Assembly: GCA_026986785.1 (NCBI GenBank)
Contig: JALSNW010000044.1
Coordinates: 13,520 to 77,519, forward strand
DNA length: 64,000 nucleotides
Origin: Deltaproteobacteria bacterium
GTDB taxonomy: Bacteria; Desulfobacterota; Dissulfuribacteria; Dissulfuribacterales; QOAL01
Direction of reading: 5' to 3'
Below the pieces are notes generated by a model, which made no database searches, was not told the origin of the DNA, and saw nothing but the letters and a program-made list of their open reading frames with translations. This document shows, piece by piece, positions 28,406-37,301 of this stretch (position 1 is the first letter of the stretch; the number at the start of each line of letters is the position of its first letter). The position numbers were made by a program, and so were the translations under genes.

Positions 28406-29476
28406 TCAGGCCTTGAACCCTTTTCTGAGGGCCAATTGTCTTGAAAAGGCCTTTAGACTATTCCAAAGGGCCTGTTCCGTATCGAAAGGCCTTGCCAGCT
28501 CCAGTTCTATAGCCTTCTTTGCGAGCCCGCCTGATGCACACTTGTCTGGAGCCAAGGCATAGACCCTGCCGCCCCTGTCAACTACTGATGCAAGACCGTA
28601 AAATTCATCCCCGGGCTGACCCCCCAATATGCAGATATTCAGGTCTTCTCCAAAGATCTCGGCAGTTTTATGCAGGAAGGTCTCCAGGCCCATAACACCC
28701 TCACCACACTCAAGATAGACCTCCCCGGCCTCATCCATCCTCATCTCAGGCAATCCATACTTTCCAACCAAGCTGCAACACCCACTATAGAGACGCTGTG
28801 CCGTTACGAAGGCCTCTGCACAACCAGTTATGGCATCGAGCTCTCTGGCATAGGCACGTAAAACAGCCCTTGACATGTCCTGGATACAAATACAGGCGGT
28901 ATGTTTCAAAGGAAAGAGCGCAGAGGCGAGACGAATGAAACTGCTTACAGCCCCTTGAAGGGCAACCACCACGAGTAGCCCCGAGGGCGCATGTTTGTCT
29001 CGATCCTTGATATGAACAGGGCGTGGATTTGTCTTGACCGCCCTCTTGATGGCCCTGGGATTTATGCCTGCTGCCACCTTCAATGTCCTTACCAGGTCTG
29101 CGCCACTGTCATGGATGTCATCCGAGACGGTTCCAGAAGGCTTTGGGAAAAAATCCACGGCTCCGAGACTGAGGGCCTCAAAGGTGATCTTGCCCTGATC
29201 AGCCAGGCCGCTCACCATGACCACAGGCAAAGGATCTCTTATCATGATATGTTTTATGGTGGTTAGCCCATCCATTATGGGCATGTCCACATCGAGGGTT
29301 ATCACATCGGGACGCAATGTCTTTATGGCATCCAAGGCCTCTTTCCCATGCTTGGCCACTCCCACTACCTCTATATCGCCCGAGTCCGACAAGATCTCTA
29401 CCAGGGCCTTTCTCATGAAGGCAGCGTCGTCTACTACCATGGCCTTTATGCTTCTACCGATGTTTTCTGCCTGCAT
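28406..29476 (-). CDS. CheB-like protein (REC + highly degenerate methylesterase)
   Basis: VVDD, PDVITLDVDMP, GAVDFFPKP; ALQGA and QDM replace ASTGG and QHM. Confidence 0.8.
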   Translation of the reverse strand: MQAENIGRSIKAMVVDDAAFMRKALVEILSDSGDIEVVGVAKHGKEALDAIKTLRPDVITLDVDMPIMDGLTTIKHIMIRDPLPVVMVSGLADQGKITFEALSLGAVDFFPKPSGTVSDDIHDSGADLVRTLKVAAGINPRAIKRAVKTNPRPVHIKDRDKHAPSGLLVVVALQGAVSSFIRLASALFPLKHTACICIQDMSRAVLRAYARELDAITGCAEAFVTAQRLYSGCCSLVGKYGLPEMRMDEAGEVYLECGEGVMGLETFLHKTAEIFGEDLNICILGGQPGDEFYGLASVVDRGGRVYALAPDKCASGGLAKKAIELELARPFDTEQALWNSLKAFSRQLALRKGFKA

Positions 29477-29477
29477 A

Positions 29478-30329
29478 TCAGCCTCCCAGGGCCTTTGACC
29501 AGCCCTCCTCGAGGTGTTTTTTCTTGTCCCGTATCTTCTTTGCTATTGCCTGCACTTGTGGGCCTTTTAGACCCAAGGCCTTTGGGAGTTTTATCTTGTC
29601 CGCAAGCCAATTGGAGCTCCAACCAATCCCCAACTTGTGACAAAGTTGATCGGCAAGAAATACCACGGCGCAAGCCTTCTCTTCAGGGCCAGCACTCCTT
29701 GGTCGATGGTGATAGCGTACAGCACTAATCATCCTCTCATTCAGATTCCATTTTGTGGCTATGTAGGCCCCTGCCTCTGTGTGACTGAATCCATATTCTT
29801 CTTCCGCCATGTAGAGGGGTATCTGCCTTTCCTCTTGGAGCTTCAATATCCTTTTGAGGTCCTCAGGGAAAAAGGAACACATCAAGAATCTTCCAATATC
29901 GTGGATTAGCCCCATGGTGAAACACTCCTCTGGCTCCATGTCACCCAAGAGGGTGGCTATCTCCATGGATACTGTTGCCACGCCTATACAGTGCAACCAC
30001 ATTTCCCTGGCAGGGAATTCTTTAAGGTCTGCGTTCTGGCCAAATGCCTGGGTCAGGGAGATCCCTATCACCAGATTGCGTACCTCTTCGAACCCCAGTA
30101 CCACTACAGCATGGGAGATGGTCTGAACCTGTCCACTCATGCCATAGGCTGGAGAATTTGCAACCTTCAATATCTTGGTAGCAAGTACCGGATCCTGCCT
30201 TACAATCACCTCGAGGCGCTTTGCCGAGGATGCAATACTGTCCATTTCCTCCAATACCTTTTGTAAGGTATTGGGCATTGGAGGTAAATCCTTTATCTTG
30301 TCCAGACGTTGTGCTATGGATGGAGGCAT
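29478..30329 (-). CDS. HDOD domain protein
   Basis: LPPMP, DPVLATKILKVANS, WLHC, GLIHDIG, HTEAG, W.L...VRYHH. Confidence 0.93.
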   Translation of the reverse strand: MPPSIAQRLDKIKDLPPMPNTLQKVLEEMDSIASSAKRLEVIVRQDPVLATKILKVANSPAYGMSGQVQTISHAVVVLGFEEVRNLVIGISLTQAFGQNADLKEFPAREMWLHCIGVATVSMEIATLLGDMEPEECFTMGLIHDIGRFLMCSFFPEDLKRILKLQEERQIPLYMAEEEYGFSHTEAGAYIATKWNLNERMISAVRYHHRPRSAGPEEKACAVVFLADQLCHKLGIGWSSNWLADKIKLPKALGLKGPQVQAIAKKIRDKKKHLEEGWSKALGG

Positions 30330-30390
30330 CTATTTTTTCCCTTTTCGGCTCTTACAGGGCATGATTCCAGCCCCTTTTCTTCTTATTTAT

Positions 30391-30417
30391 TTATCGACAA
30401 TCAAGACCAGCCCTTAA
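30391..30417 (-). promoter_or_regulatory. sigma28 (FliA)-type promoter for the HDOD-cheB-cheY-cheA operon
   Basis: TTAA-15 nt-GTCGATAA on the minus strand vs consensus TAAA-N15-GCCGATAA. Confidence 0.65.
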
Positions 30418-30446
30418 ATTGTCCGACCTCATAAGCCATCGATCCT

Positions 30447-30473
30447 TCAATTTTTTCCACGACTGTCCGATAA
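30447..30473 (+). promoter_or_regulatory. sigma28 (FliA)-type promoter for the mglBA operon
   Basis: TCAA-15 nt-TCCGATAA. Confidence 0.65.
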
Positions 30474-30540
30474 GGCCTTTAGAGCCTTCCGGTAGGATTC
30501 AGAACCTTGCTCGGTTAAAAAGTTTTGAGGTCAGAAAATC

Positions 30541-30942
30541 ATGGCAGACATTATCTTGACTGGTCCTGCGCTCGAACAAGCGAGAACTCAGATTGATGAG
30601 GCCCTCGTACAGGCAGGAGTCCATACGGTCTTATTGATAGATCACGCAGGAAACGTAGTTGCCAGTTGTGGTCAAAACAGAAAGGACCTGGACATGACAT
30701 CCCTTGCCGCCTTGGCCGCTGCAAATTTTGGTGCTACATCGCAAATGGCCAAGCTTATTGGCGAAGACGACTTTTCTCTGCTGTTTCACAAGGGGAAGAG
30801 AGACAGCATCCACTTTGCAAAAGTGGGGCAGGAGATGATTCTCATAACCATTTTTGGCGATGAGGTCTCCCTCGGACTCGTAAGATTAAGGGTGGCAGAA
30901 TTGACGAACAACATAGAAAAGATATTTGGACTGGGTAAATAA
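30541..30942 (+). CDS. mglB: Roadblock/LC7 protein MglB (GAP)
   Basis: LLIDHAG, SLAALAAANFGAT..MAKLIGE..F..LFH.G, SLGLVRLR; adjacent to mglA. Confidence 0.92.
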   Translation: MADIILTGPALEQARTQIDEALVQAGVHTVLLIDHAGNVVASCGQNRKDLDMTSLAALAAANFGATSQMAKLIGEDDFSLLFHKGKRDSIHFAKVGQEMILITIFGDEVSLGLVRLRVAELTNNIEKIFGLGK

Positions 30943-31560
30943 ATGGCACTGATAGACCTCAGCAAAAGGGAGGTGCACTGCAAGATCGTCTATTATGGAC
31001 CAGGGCGGTGCGGCAAGACAACCAATCTCCTCTACATATATAATTCTATGAACAGTAATGCCAAGGGCAAGATGCTCACCATCGAGACCAAGGGAGATAG
31101 AACCCTCTTCTTTGACCTCCTTCCCCTGAACCTTGGAAAGATAAAAGGCTTTGACATCAGGATCCAGCTATATACCGTGCCTGGACAGGCAATCTATGAG
31201 GCTACCAGGAAGCTCGTCCTCAAAGGGGTCGATGGTCTTGTTTTCGTAGCGGATTCTCTGCGCGTGAGAAGATCCAAGAACATAGAGAGCCTGGAAGACC
31301 TGAAGAAAAACCTCCGGGATTACAATTTAGATATTAATAACATCCCTCTCGTTCTCCAATACAACAAAAGAGACCTTGCCAATTCCCCCATACCCACCTT
31401 GAGCGTGGAAGAGCTGGAAACAGACCTGAATAGGGAACTTGGTGTGGAAGCGTTCCAGGCAGCCGCTACCAAAGGACTGGGGGTTTTCGAAACCCTTAAG
31501 GATATCAGTAAGAAAACCGTGCGCTATGTAGCCACGAAACACCTTGTAAAACCAAAATAG
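30943..31560 (+). CDS. mglA: Small Ras-like GTPase MglA
   Basis: CKIVYYGPGRCGKTTNL, DRTLFFD, LYTVPGQ, GVDGLVFVADS, QYNKRDL. Confidence 0.96.
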   Translation: MALIDLSKREVHCKIVYYGPGRCGKTTNLLYIYNSMNSNAKGKMLTIETKGDRTLFFDLLPLNLGKIKGFDIRIQLYTVPGQAIYEATRKLVLKGVDGLVFVADSLRVRRSKNIESLEDLKKNLRDYNLDINNIPLVLQYNKRDLANSPIPTLSVEELETDLNRELGVEAFQAAATKGLGVFETLKDISKKTVRYVATKHLVKPK

Positions 31561-31580
31561 TTTATTAGGGAGATGATCCA

Positions 31581-33197
31581 GTGAAAGAAAACAACTCCAT
31601 CCCTGAACCAGAAATCTTTACCTCGGAAATAGAAGATACCATAGACGACCTCTTCAAACCCTCCAAAAAAATAGAGATCGATCCTCTGACCCAGGAGATT
31701 AAAGAGGTTGCAAAAGAGGCAGACGATTCTCCTGTGGAATTTGAACTTGCCCAAGAAGGAGATGAAATAAAACCAGAAGAGCCAACAGCCCTCTTGCTTG
31801 AAGATCAAGAACCCCAGGACAACCAAGAGGAAGAGGAGGCCTTGCTCGAACTGGAACTCGAGGTGGAAGAGGAGGCAGAAGAGATAGCTGTAGAGATGGA
31901 GCCGACACCTGAAGACACTGACCAGGGAAATAGGGTAGGGGAGATACTTCAGGAGCTGAAACAGCAGATCTTTACCATCGAATGGGAGGTGACAGAGCCC
32001 CAGATAGACCAGACCCTTGCCTTGGTAGCAGGACTCCTTGGCGCCCCAGAAATCAGGAATCAGGCCCCGGCACGTTCCCTGGTAGAACTCATGCAAAAGG
32101 TCCTCCAACACATCCAATACAGACCTGAAAAGGTCTCTGCCACTGCTCCATCGGTACTCAAAAAAGCCGTAGCCTTTCTTTTGGATTGCCATTCAGGCAA
32201 AAGTGTATCCGATGACAGGGCAGAGGGCATAGCCCAGGAACTAAAGGCCCTGTTTGACAAGGCCCAGCAAAAGGAGGAGGCCACTGTCCTGGAGAACTTT
32301 CTCCTCTTGGGCGAGAAAACAGGAGAAGACCAGGGGGCTGAAAAGGCAGAAACCACCTCCGAGATGCAGGGAGATGGTGCACCAGCCCTGGGTCCTGCTT
32401 CAACCGAAACAGAGACAACCACGGAGACAACGGGCAGTCATACCAGCAAAGAGGATCTACTCCCGGGAGAAGCCAAAAGGATCCTGCAGGCCCATCTTGT
32501 AGAGATAAAAAGATGTATAAACCGCATCGAACCCTTGGAAAAGCTCCTGGCCAAGACCCCTGGAATGGAAAAACTCCACAGTTTTCAGCATGACATACGC
32601 CAGAGACTGGAAAGGCAGCTTGAGGAACTTTCCAACCACTTCTTCGAGGCTATGGAGTTGGAACTACCTGAACCACCTCGCACCAAAACCGATTCTGAGG
32701 AATATGCCAGGGACATGAACCTTACTCCATGCCCGTGGGCCGAGCTTTTCACCATCACTTTGGATGGCATGGAGATAGGTTTTCCTGCAGACGAAATAGC
32801 CTATGTCTCAAGCCCTCCTTGGCATTCAAAGTCAGCAATCAAGAAGGCCCATAGCCTGGAGTTAAATAAACTAAAGAGCTGGCCATGGTCAAAACTCAAG
32901 GGAATGTTCAGGGGCAAACTTGCCGACTTTGACGAATCCAGCCTTTCTTCCATGAGCTTTCCTATAATCCGTCATATTGGAGGCCAGGAGCTACCTGTTC
33001 CCTCCAATTTCACAATAATACTCTTATTCAATGGACAGACAGGTGTAGCCCTTTTGACAGGTGAAAAACCAATAAGGATAAAGATCCCCAAGGATGCAAA
33101 ATGGACGAAGGAACAAGCAGATGGCCTTGAAGCTGAAATAACCACCCATGGCAATGTCATCAAAGTGGCCTCGGCCAACTCATTGAAGCAGGAGTAG
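31581..33197 (+). CDS. Acidic hypothetical protein with possible degenerate CheW-like C-terminal domain
   Basis: Glu-rich low-complexity linkers, helical blocks; C-terminal LFTITLDGMEIGFPADEIAYV...FPII reminiscent of CheW strands (inference). Confidence 0.7.
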   Translation: MKENNSIPEPEIFTSEIEDTIDDLFKPSKKIEIDPLTQEIKEVAKEADDSPVEFELAQEGDEIKPEEPTALLLEDQEPQDNQEEEEALLELELEVEEEAEEIAVEMEPTPEDTDQGNRVGEILQELKQQIFTIEWEVTEPQIDQTLALVAGLLGAPEIRNQAPARSLVELMQKVLQHIQYRPEKVSATAPSVLKKAVAFLLDCHSGKSVSDDRAEGIAQELKALFDKAQQKEEATVLENFLLLGEKTGEDQGAEKAETTSEMQGDGAPALGPASTETETTTETTGSHTSKEDLLPGEAKRILQAHLVEIKRCINRIEPLEKLLAKTPGMEKLHSFQHDIRQRLERQLEELSNHFFEAMELELPEPPRTKTDSEEYARDMNLTPCPWAELFTITLDGMEIGFPADEIAYVSSPPWHSKSAIKKAHSLELNKLKSWPWSKLKGMFRGKLADFDESSLSSMSFPIIRHIGGQELPVPSNFTIILLFNGQTGVALLTGEKPIRIKIPKDAKWTKEQADGLEAEITTHGNVIKVASANSLKQE

Positions 33198-33201
33198 AGA
33201 T

Positions 33202-35583
33202 ATGGCTGGCTTCCAGATACAGACTGAAGATTTGGCAGGCACCGATCCTGTGAGCCATGCAGAGCTGGTTGAGAGAAAGATTCAGGAAGCAGATCTATAC
33301 CTAAATCATGGCCTCATAGAAGAGGCCAGGGCGATATTGGAAGAGATACTGGCAGTACTTCCAGATGACACCGACGAGAAACTCAAAATTCTTCTGGAAG
33401 ACAAGCTGAAAGAGCTCTCAAAGAGGGATGCCCTGGCTGTAGAAAACAAAAAAGAGGGCCAAAAGGGCGAATTCTCCGAGCATGAAGAATTCCTGGAACA
33501 CTATAACAATTGCCTGGGCCTTATAGAGGCGGGTTTTTTCTCAGAGGCAGTAGAGGAGTTGAAACTGCTCGAGGAAAAGAATTTCCGCGCCGGCGAGATC
33601 AGGATAAAGATCGGCCAGCTTTATCTCAAGCTGGATATGCCATTCGATGCCATAGAATACCTGGAAAAAGGTCTCAAGGACCAGGAACTGCCCGATGATA
33701 TCAGATATGAGGCCCTCTATCAATTGGCCCTCACCCAGGAAAAGACAGGATCCGTAACAAAGGCAGCCTCGACCCTGGAACAGCTCGTCAAGCTGAACAA
33801 AGACTTCCGCAATGCAAAAGAAAAACTGGAGAGCCTAAGCCAGTCGGCCCAAAAATACGGTAGATTCTATTATCTCATCAGGACTGGCATCCTGGAGGAA
33901 GAACAGCTGGAGAGGGCGAAAGAACTGGCCAAACAATCGAAAAAGTCCATTGAGTCCGTATTGATCAATCAATTCGGTATAGAAAAGGATGAAATAGGGA
34001 ACTCTCTCAGCGAGTATTATAGGTGTCCTTTCATAGAATTCAACGAACTCGAGGTTGGCACCACACCCAAATGTATCTCTGGTATAAAGGAACACTTTTT
34101 CAGGACCACTGCTTGTGCCCCAATCAAGGAAGAAGCTGGCATGCTCCTCATAGCCTTGGATAACCCCCATGATCTCAGCAAGATCGACAATATCCAGAGG
34201 GTACTGAAGGCCAAAAGCTTTGAATACGCAGTGGCCCTCAGAGAAGATATAGATAAATTCATAGACTATTTTTATGGCAAATACAGCGTTGGTGGTGATG
34301 CTGAAGACGTATTCGAACAACTGGAGCTGATAGAAGAGGAAGAAGAGGAAATCGAAGAAGACGACAGCCTGGCATCTGATGCGGATAGCGTCGTCGTCCA
34401 GATGGCAAACCGGATAATTGAAGATGCATATACCAGGGGCGCCTCCGATATCCATATAGAAAGTCTCACGGGCAAGAGAGGGGCCTTGGTGAGATACCGC
34501 ATCGATGGCGACTGCTTGAGATATCAGAATATTCCATTGAATTATAAAAAGGCCTTGGTCTCCAGGATCAAGATCATGGCCAGCCTGGATATCGCGGAAA
34601 AAAGGCTACCCCAGGATGGAAAGATCAAATTCAGGACCAGGACAGGCCGTGTCATTGAACTGCGTGTGGCCACTCTCCCCACCACGGAAAACAACGAGGA
34701 TGTCGTCTTGAGGATACTGGCATCGTCTGAGGCCATGCCCATCGACCGCATCGGCCTCTTGGAAGACAACCTCAAAAACCTGAAAAAACTGATAGAGATG
34801 CCCTACGGATTGATACTGGTTGTCGGGCCAACGGGCTCTGGTAAGACTACGACCCTACATGCTGCCCTTGGCCATATCAACAGGCCGGAAAAGAAGATTT
34901 GGACAGCTGAAGACCCTGTTGAAATCGTACAGGATGGCCTGAGACAGGTACAGATAAAATCGAGCATTGGCCTGACCTTTGCAAGGGTACTTAGGGCCTT
35001 TTTGAGGGCAGATCCTGATGTAATAATGGTTGGAGAAACAAGGGATGAAGAAACGGCGAACACCGTGATAGAGGCCTCACTCACCGGTCATCTGGTCTTC
35101 TCTACCCTTCATACCAATTCGGCCCCCGAGACAGTAACCAGGCTCCTTGGCATGGGAATGGATCCGTTCAATTTTGCAGATGCACTCCTTGGCGTCCTGG
35201 CCCAGCGTCTGGTCAAGAGATTGTGTCCCAAGTGCAAAGAGGCCTATGAACCAAACCAAGAAGAAAAGGAACGCATATTATACGAATACGGGGAGCATCC
35301 AAACAAGCCCATCTCCCTGGAAGACCTGGATGGCATCACCCTTTACAGACCAAGAGGCTGTGGTTTCTGCAACAAAACGGGCTATAAGGGCAGGATGGCA
35401 ATTCACGAACTTCTGGTATCGGATGATGGCCTGAGAAAGCTCATCCAGAGCAAAAGCCCGGTGATGGAGATAAGAGACCACGGCCTTAAAAATGGAATGC
35501 GTACCCTCAAACAGGATGGAATACACAAGGTGCTCATGGGTGATACAGACATGAAGCAGATCCTTGCAGCCTGCATCAGATAG
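33202..35583 (+). CDS. PilB/GspE-family secretion ATPase with N-terminal TPR repeats
   Basis: TPR region aa ~25-215; ASDIHIE, EKRLPQDG, GPTGSGKTT, EDPVE, MVGETRD, TGHLVFSTLH, CPKC/CGFC zinc site. Confidence 0.93.
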   Translation: MAGFQIQTEDLAGTDPVSHAELVERKIQEADLYLNHGLIEEARAILEEILAVLPDDTDEKLKILLEDKLKELSKRDALAVENKKEGQKGEFSEHEEFLEHYNNCLGLIEAGFFSEAVEELKLLEEKNFRAGEIRIKIGQLYLKLDMPFDAIEYLEKGLKDQELPDDIRYEALYQLALTQEKTGSVTKAASTLEQLVKLNKDFRNAKEKLESLSQSAQKYGRFYYLIRTGILEEEQLERAKELAKQSKKSIESVLINQFGIEKDEIGNSLSEYYRCPFIEFNELEVGTTPKCISGIKEHFFRTTACAPIKEEAGMLLIALDNPHDLSKIDNIQRVLKAKSFEYAVALREDIDKFIDYFYGKYSVGGDAEDVFEQLELIEEEEEEIEEDDSLASDADSVVVQMANRIIEDAYTRGASDIHIESLTGKRGALVRYRIDGDCLRYQNIPLNYKKALVSRIKIMASLDIAEKRLPQDGKIKFRTRTGRVIELRVATLPTTENNEDVVLRILASSEAMPIDRIGLLEDNLKNLKKLIEMPYGLILVVGPTGSGKTTTLHAALGHINRPEKKIWTAEDPVEIVQDGLRQVQIKSSIGLTFARVLRAFLRADPDVIMVGETRDEETANTVIEASLTGHLVFSTLHTNSAPETVTRLLGMGMDPFNFADALLGVLAQRLVKRLCPKCKEAYEPNQEEKERILYEYGEHPNKPISLEDLDGITLYRPRGCGFCNKTGYKGRMAIHELLVSDDGLRKLIQSKSPVMEIRDHGLKNGMRTLKQDGIHKVLMGDTDMKQILAACIR

Positions 35584-35615
35584 AGGGTAGATACCAACAA
35601 GCCCCTTCCGCCAAA

Positions 35616-35644
35616 ACCAGGCTGGGGGCTATCCCCCCTGGTTC
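35616..35644. terminator. GC-rich hairpin after the PilB-like gene
   Basis: AACCAGG..GGGGG-CTAT-CCCCC.TGGTT imperfect stem; no clear U-tract. Confidence 0.35.
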
Positions 35645-35655
35645 CACGTGAAACA
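35640..35655. other. parS chromosome-partition site
   Basis: GGTTCCACGTGAAACA, intergenic, matching the parS consensus TGTTNCACGTGAAACA at all but the first base. Confidence 0.8.
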
Positions 35656-35843
35656 AACAGAAAGACATCTCTCCTAAAGATGACCCCCTGATGGGATACC
35701 AGTCACATCTGAATTTTCCCAGCATGATTGACTAAATTCTGCTACTTACTATCATCATTTCCCAAGGGGACCACGGTATAACCAGAAAAAATGCTGCAAT
35801 GCCCCTTTCCGTCCATTCAAGGTCAAAGAAGAGAGAATCGTTC

Positions 35844-36842
35844 ATGGCTGCAAGATTAATAGAAGTCATAGTACCCAAGGGCAAACGGGAACTTCTTGAG
35901 ACGATCTTCAAGAAGAAAGCTGTCATCCAACACTGGATAGAAGAAGACAAACCAAGGAACAATCTTGTCGTAAAGCTTCTGACCAGAGCCGAGGATGCCG
36001 GTGCAATCACTGATACTTTGACGAAACTATTTGGTATCGGCACAGATTTCAGGATCATCATACAGACCGTGGAGGCGACCATACCGGCCATAGAGGCCCC
36101 TGAAGAACCACCAGCAAAGATAGGAAGACTTTCTGTCAGCAGGGAGGAACTGTACAACGATGTTGTGGAGGCAGCCAAACTGAACTACATATTCGCTGCA
36201 TTGATGGTCATATCAACCCTGATTGCTGCATATGGTTTCTTAAAGGACTCAACTGCAATCATAATTGGCTCCATGGTCATTGCCCCCTTGCTTGCACCCA
36301 ATGTAGCCATATCCCTTGGTTCTGTCCTGGCAGACTTCAAGCTTGTACGCCTTGGACTCACGACTCAGATTGCTGGCATATTTCTGGTTCTTTTTCTATC
36401 CACGATATTTGGCACCTTGACCAACATAAACCCCAATCTCACCAATATTCATCAGCGCATCTATGCAGACTATACGGATATCATTGTAGCATTCTTGTCT
36501 GGTACTGCTGGAATTCTGAGTTTCACAACAGGAAGCTCCACTGCCCTCATTGGTGTCATGGTGTCCATCTCCCTTCTTCCACCCCTCGTGGCCACTGGAT
36601 TACTGACAGGCTCTGGTTACCACATCCTGGCAACAGGCAGCTTTCTTCTATTTCTGGCCAATCTTGCAAGCCTCAATCTTGCCGGTATCCTGACCTTTCT
36701 CTTCCAAGGTGTCAGGCCAATGACATGGTGGAAGGCCAAAAAGGCAAGGCAATATTCTAAGAGGGCCTTGGCACTCTGGATTGTATTGATCTTGATGCTC
36801 CTTGCAGCTATGTGGATGAGAAACCGGTTCCTGATATCCTAA
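35844..36842 (+). CDS. TIGR00341/DUF389 membrane protein
   Basis: SREELY, IIGSMVIAPLL.P, LIGVMVSISLLPP, LFLANL. Confidence 0.88.
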   Translation: MAARLIEVIVPKGKRELLETIFKKKAVIQHWIEEDKPRNNLVVKLLTRAEDAGAITDTLTKLFGIGTDFRIIIQTVEATIPAIEAPEEPPAKIGRLSVSREELYNDVVEAAKLNYIFAALMVISTLIAAYGFLKDSTAIIIGSMVIAPLLAPNVAISLGSVLADFKLVRLGLTTQIAGIFLVLFLSTIFGTLTNINPNLTNIHQRIYADYTDIIVAFLSGTAGILSFTTGSSTALIGVMVSISLLPPLVATGLLTGSGYHILATGSFLLFLANLASLNLAGILTFLFQGVRPMTWWKAKKARQYSKRALALWIVLILMLLAAMWMRNRFLIS

Positions 36843-37301
36843 GCTACTGCCATCGCCTGAACCAATGAAAGGAGATGGTGATATTTGTTGCAAAGAACCC
36901 CAGCAAAACCTATAATCCTGCCTTATTTATCTTAGACATGCAGCGCTCAAGTTTTCAAAAGATGCAAGACATCAAGGAGACGGGCGGGCTTAGGTGTGCC
37001 AACACCCGGATAACACAGAAGATTCAGTGCAGTTAAAATCCCTTTTTGGCTTCACCGCTGAACATCTCTGGCAGCTTGTAAAGGCACCTCTTGATGGCAT
37101 CTGGGAGAAGTGGTTATAGGCATATAACCCCTTGTAATTATTGTATAAGTTTTTATCTATCAGTTACAGTACACGATCTGGGTTTATGTGAAAGGGAAAC
37201 AAAAGGTATTGTAATTGCTTATCTGAAAGAAAAAAACACGCGCAATAGGCCAATAAACAGGCCGGTAAAAACAAAAGAAACGTTTTCAGGAGACACACTT
37301 A

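Noticed and set aside
31524..32192. 222-aa minus-strand ORF and similar long antisense ORFs (e.g. 26310..26987, 33835..34455, 44394..45200)
   Set aside because: Fully overlap well-supported genes on the opposite strand and have no motifs
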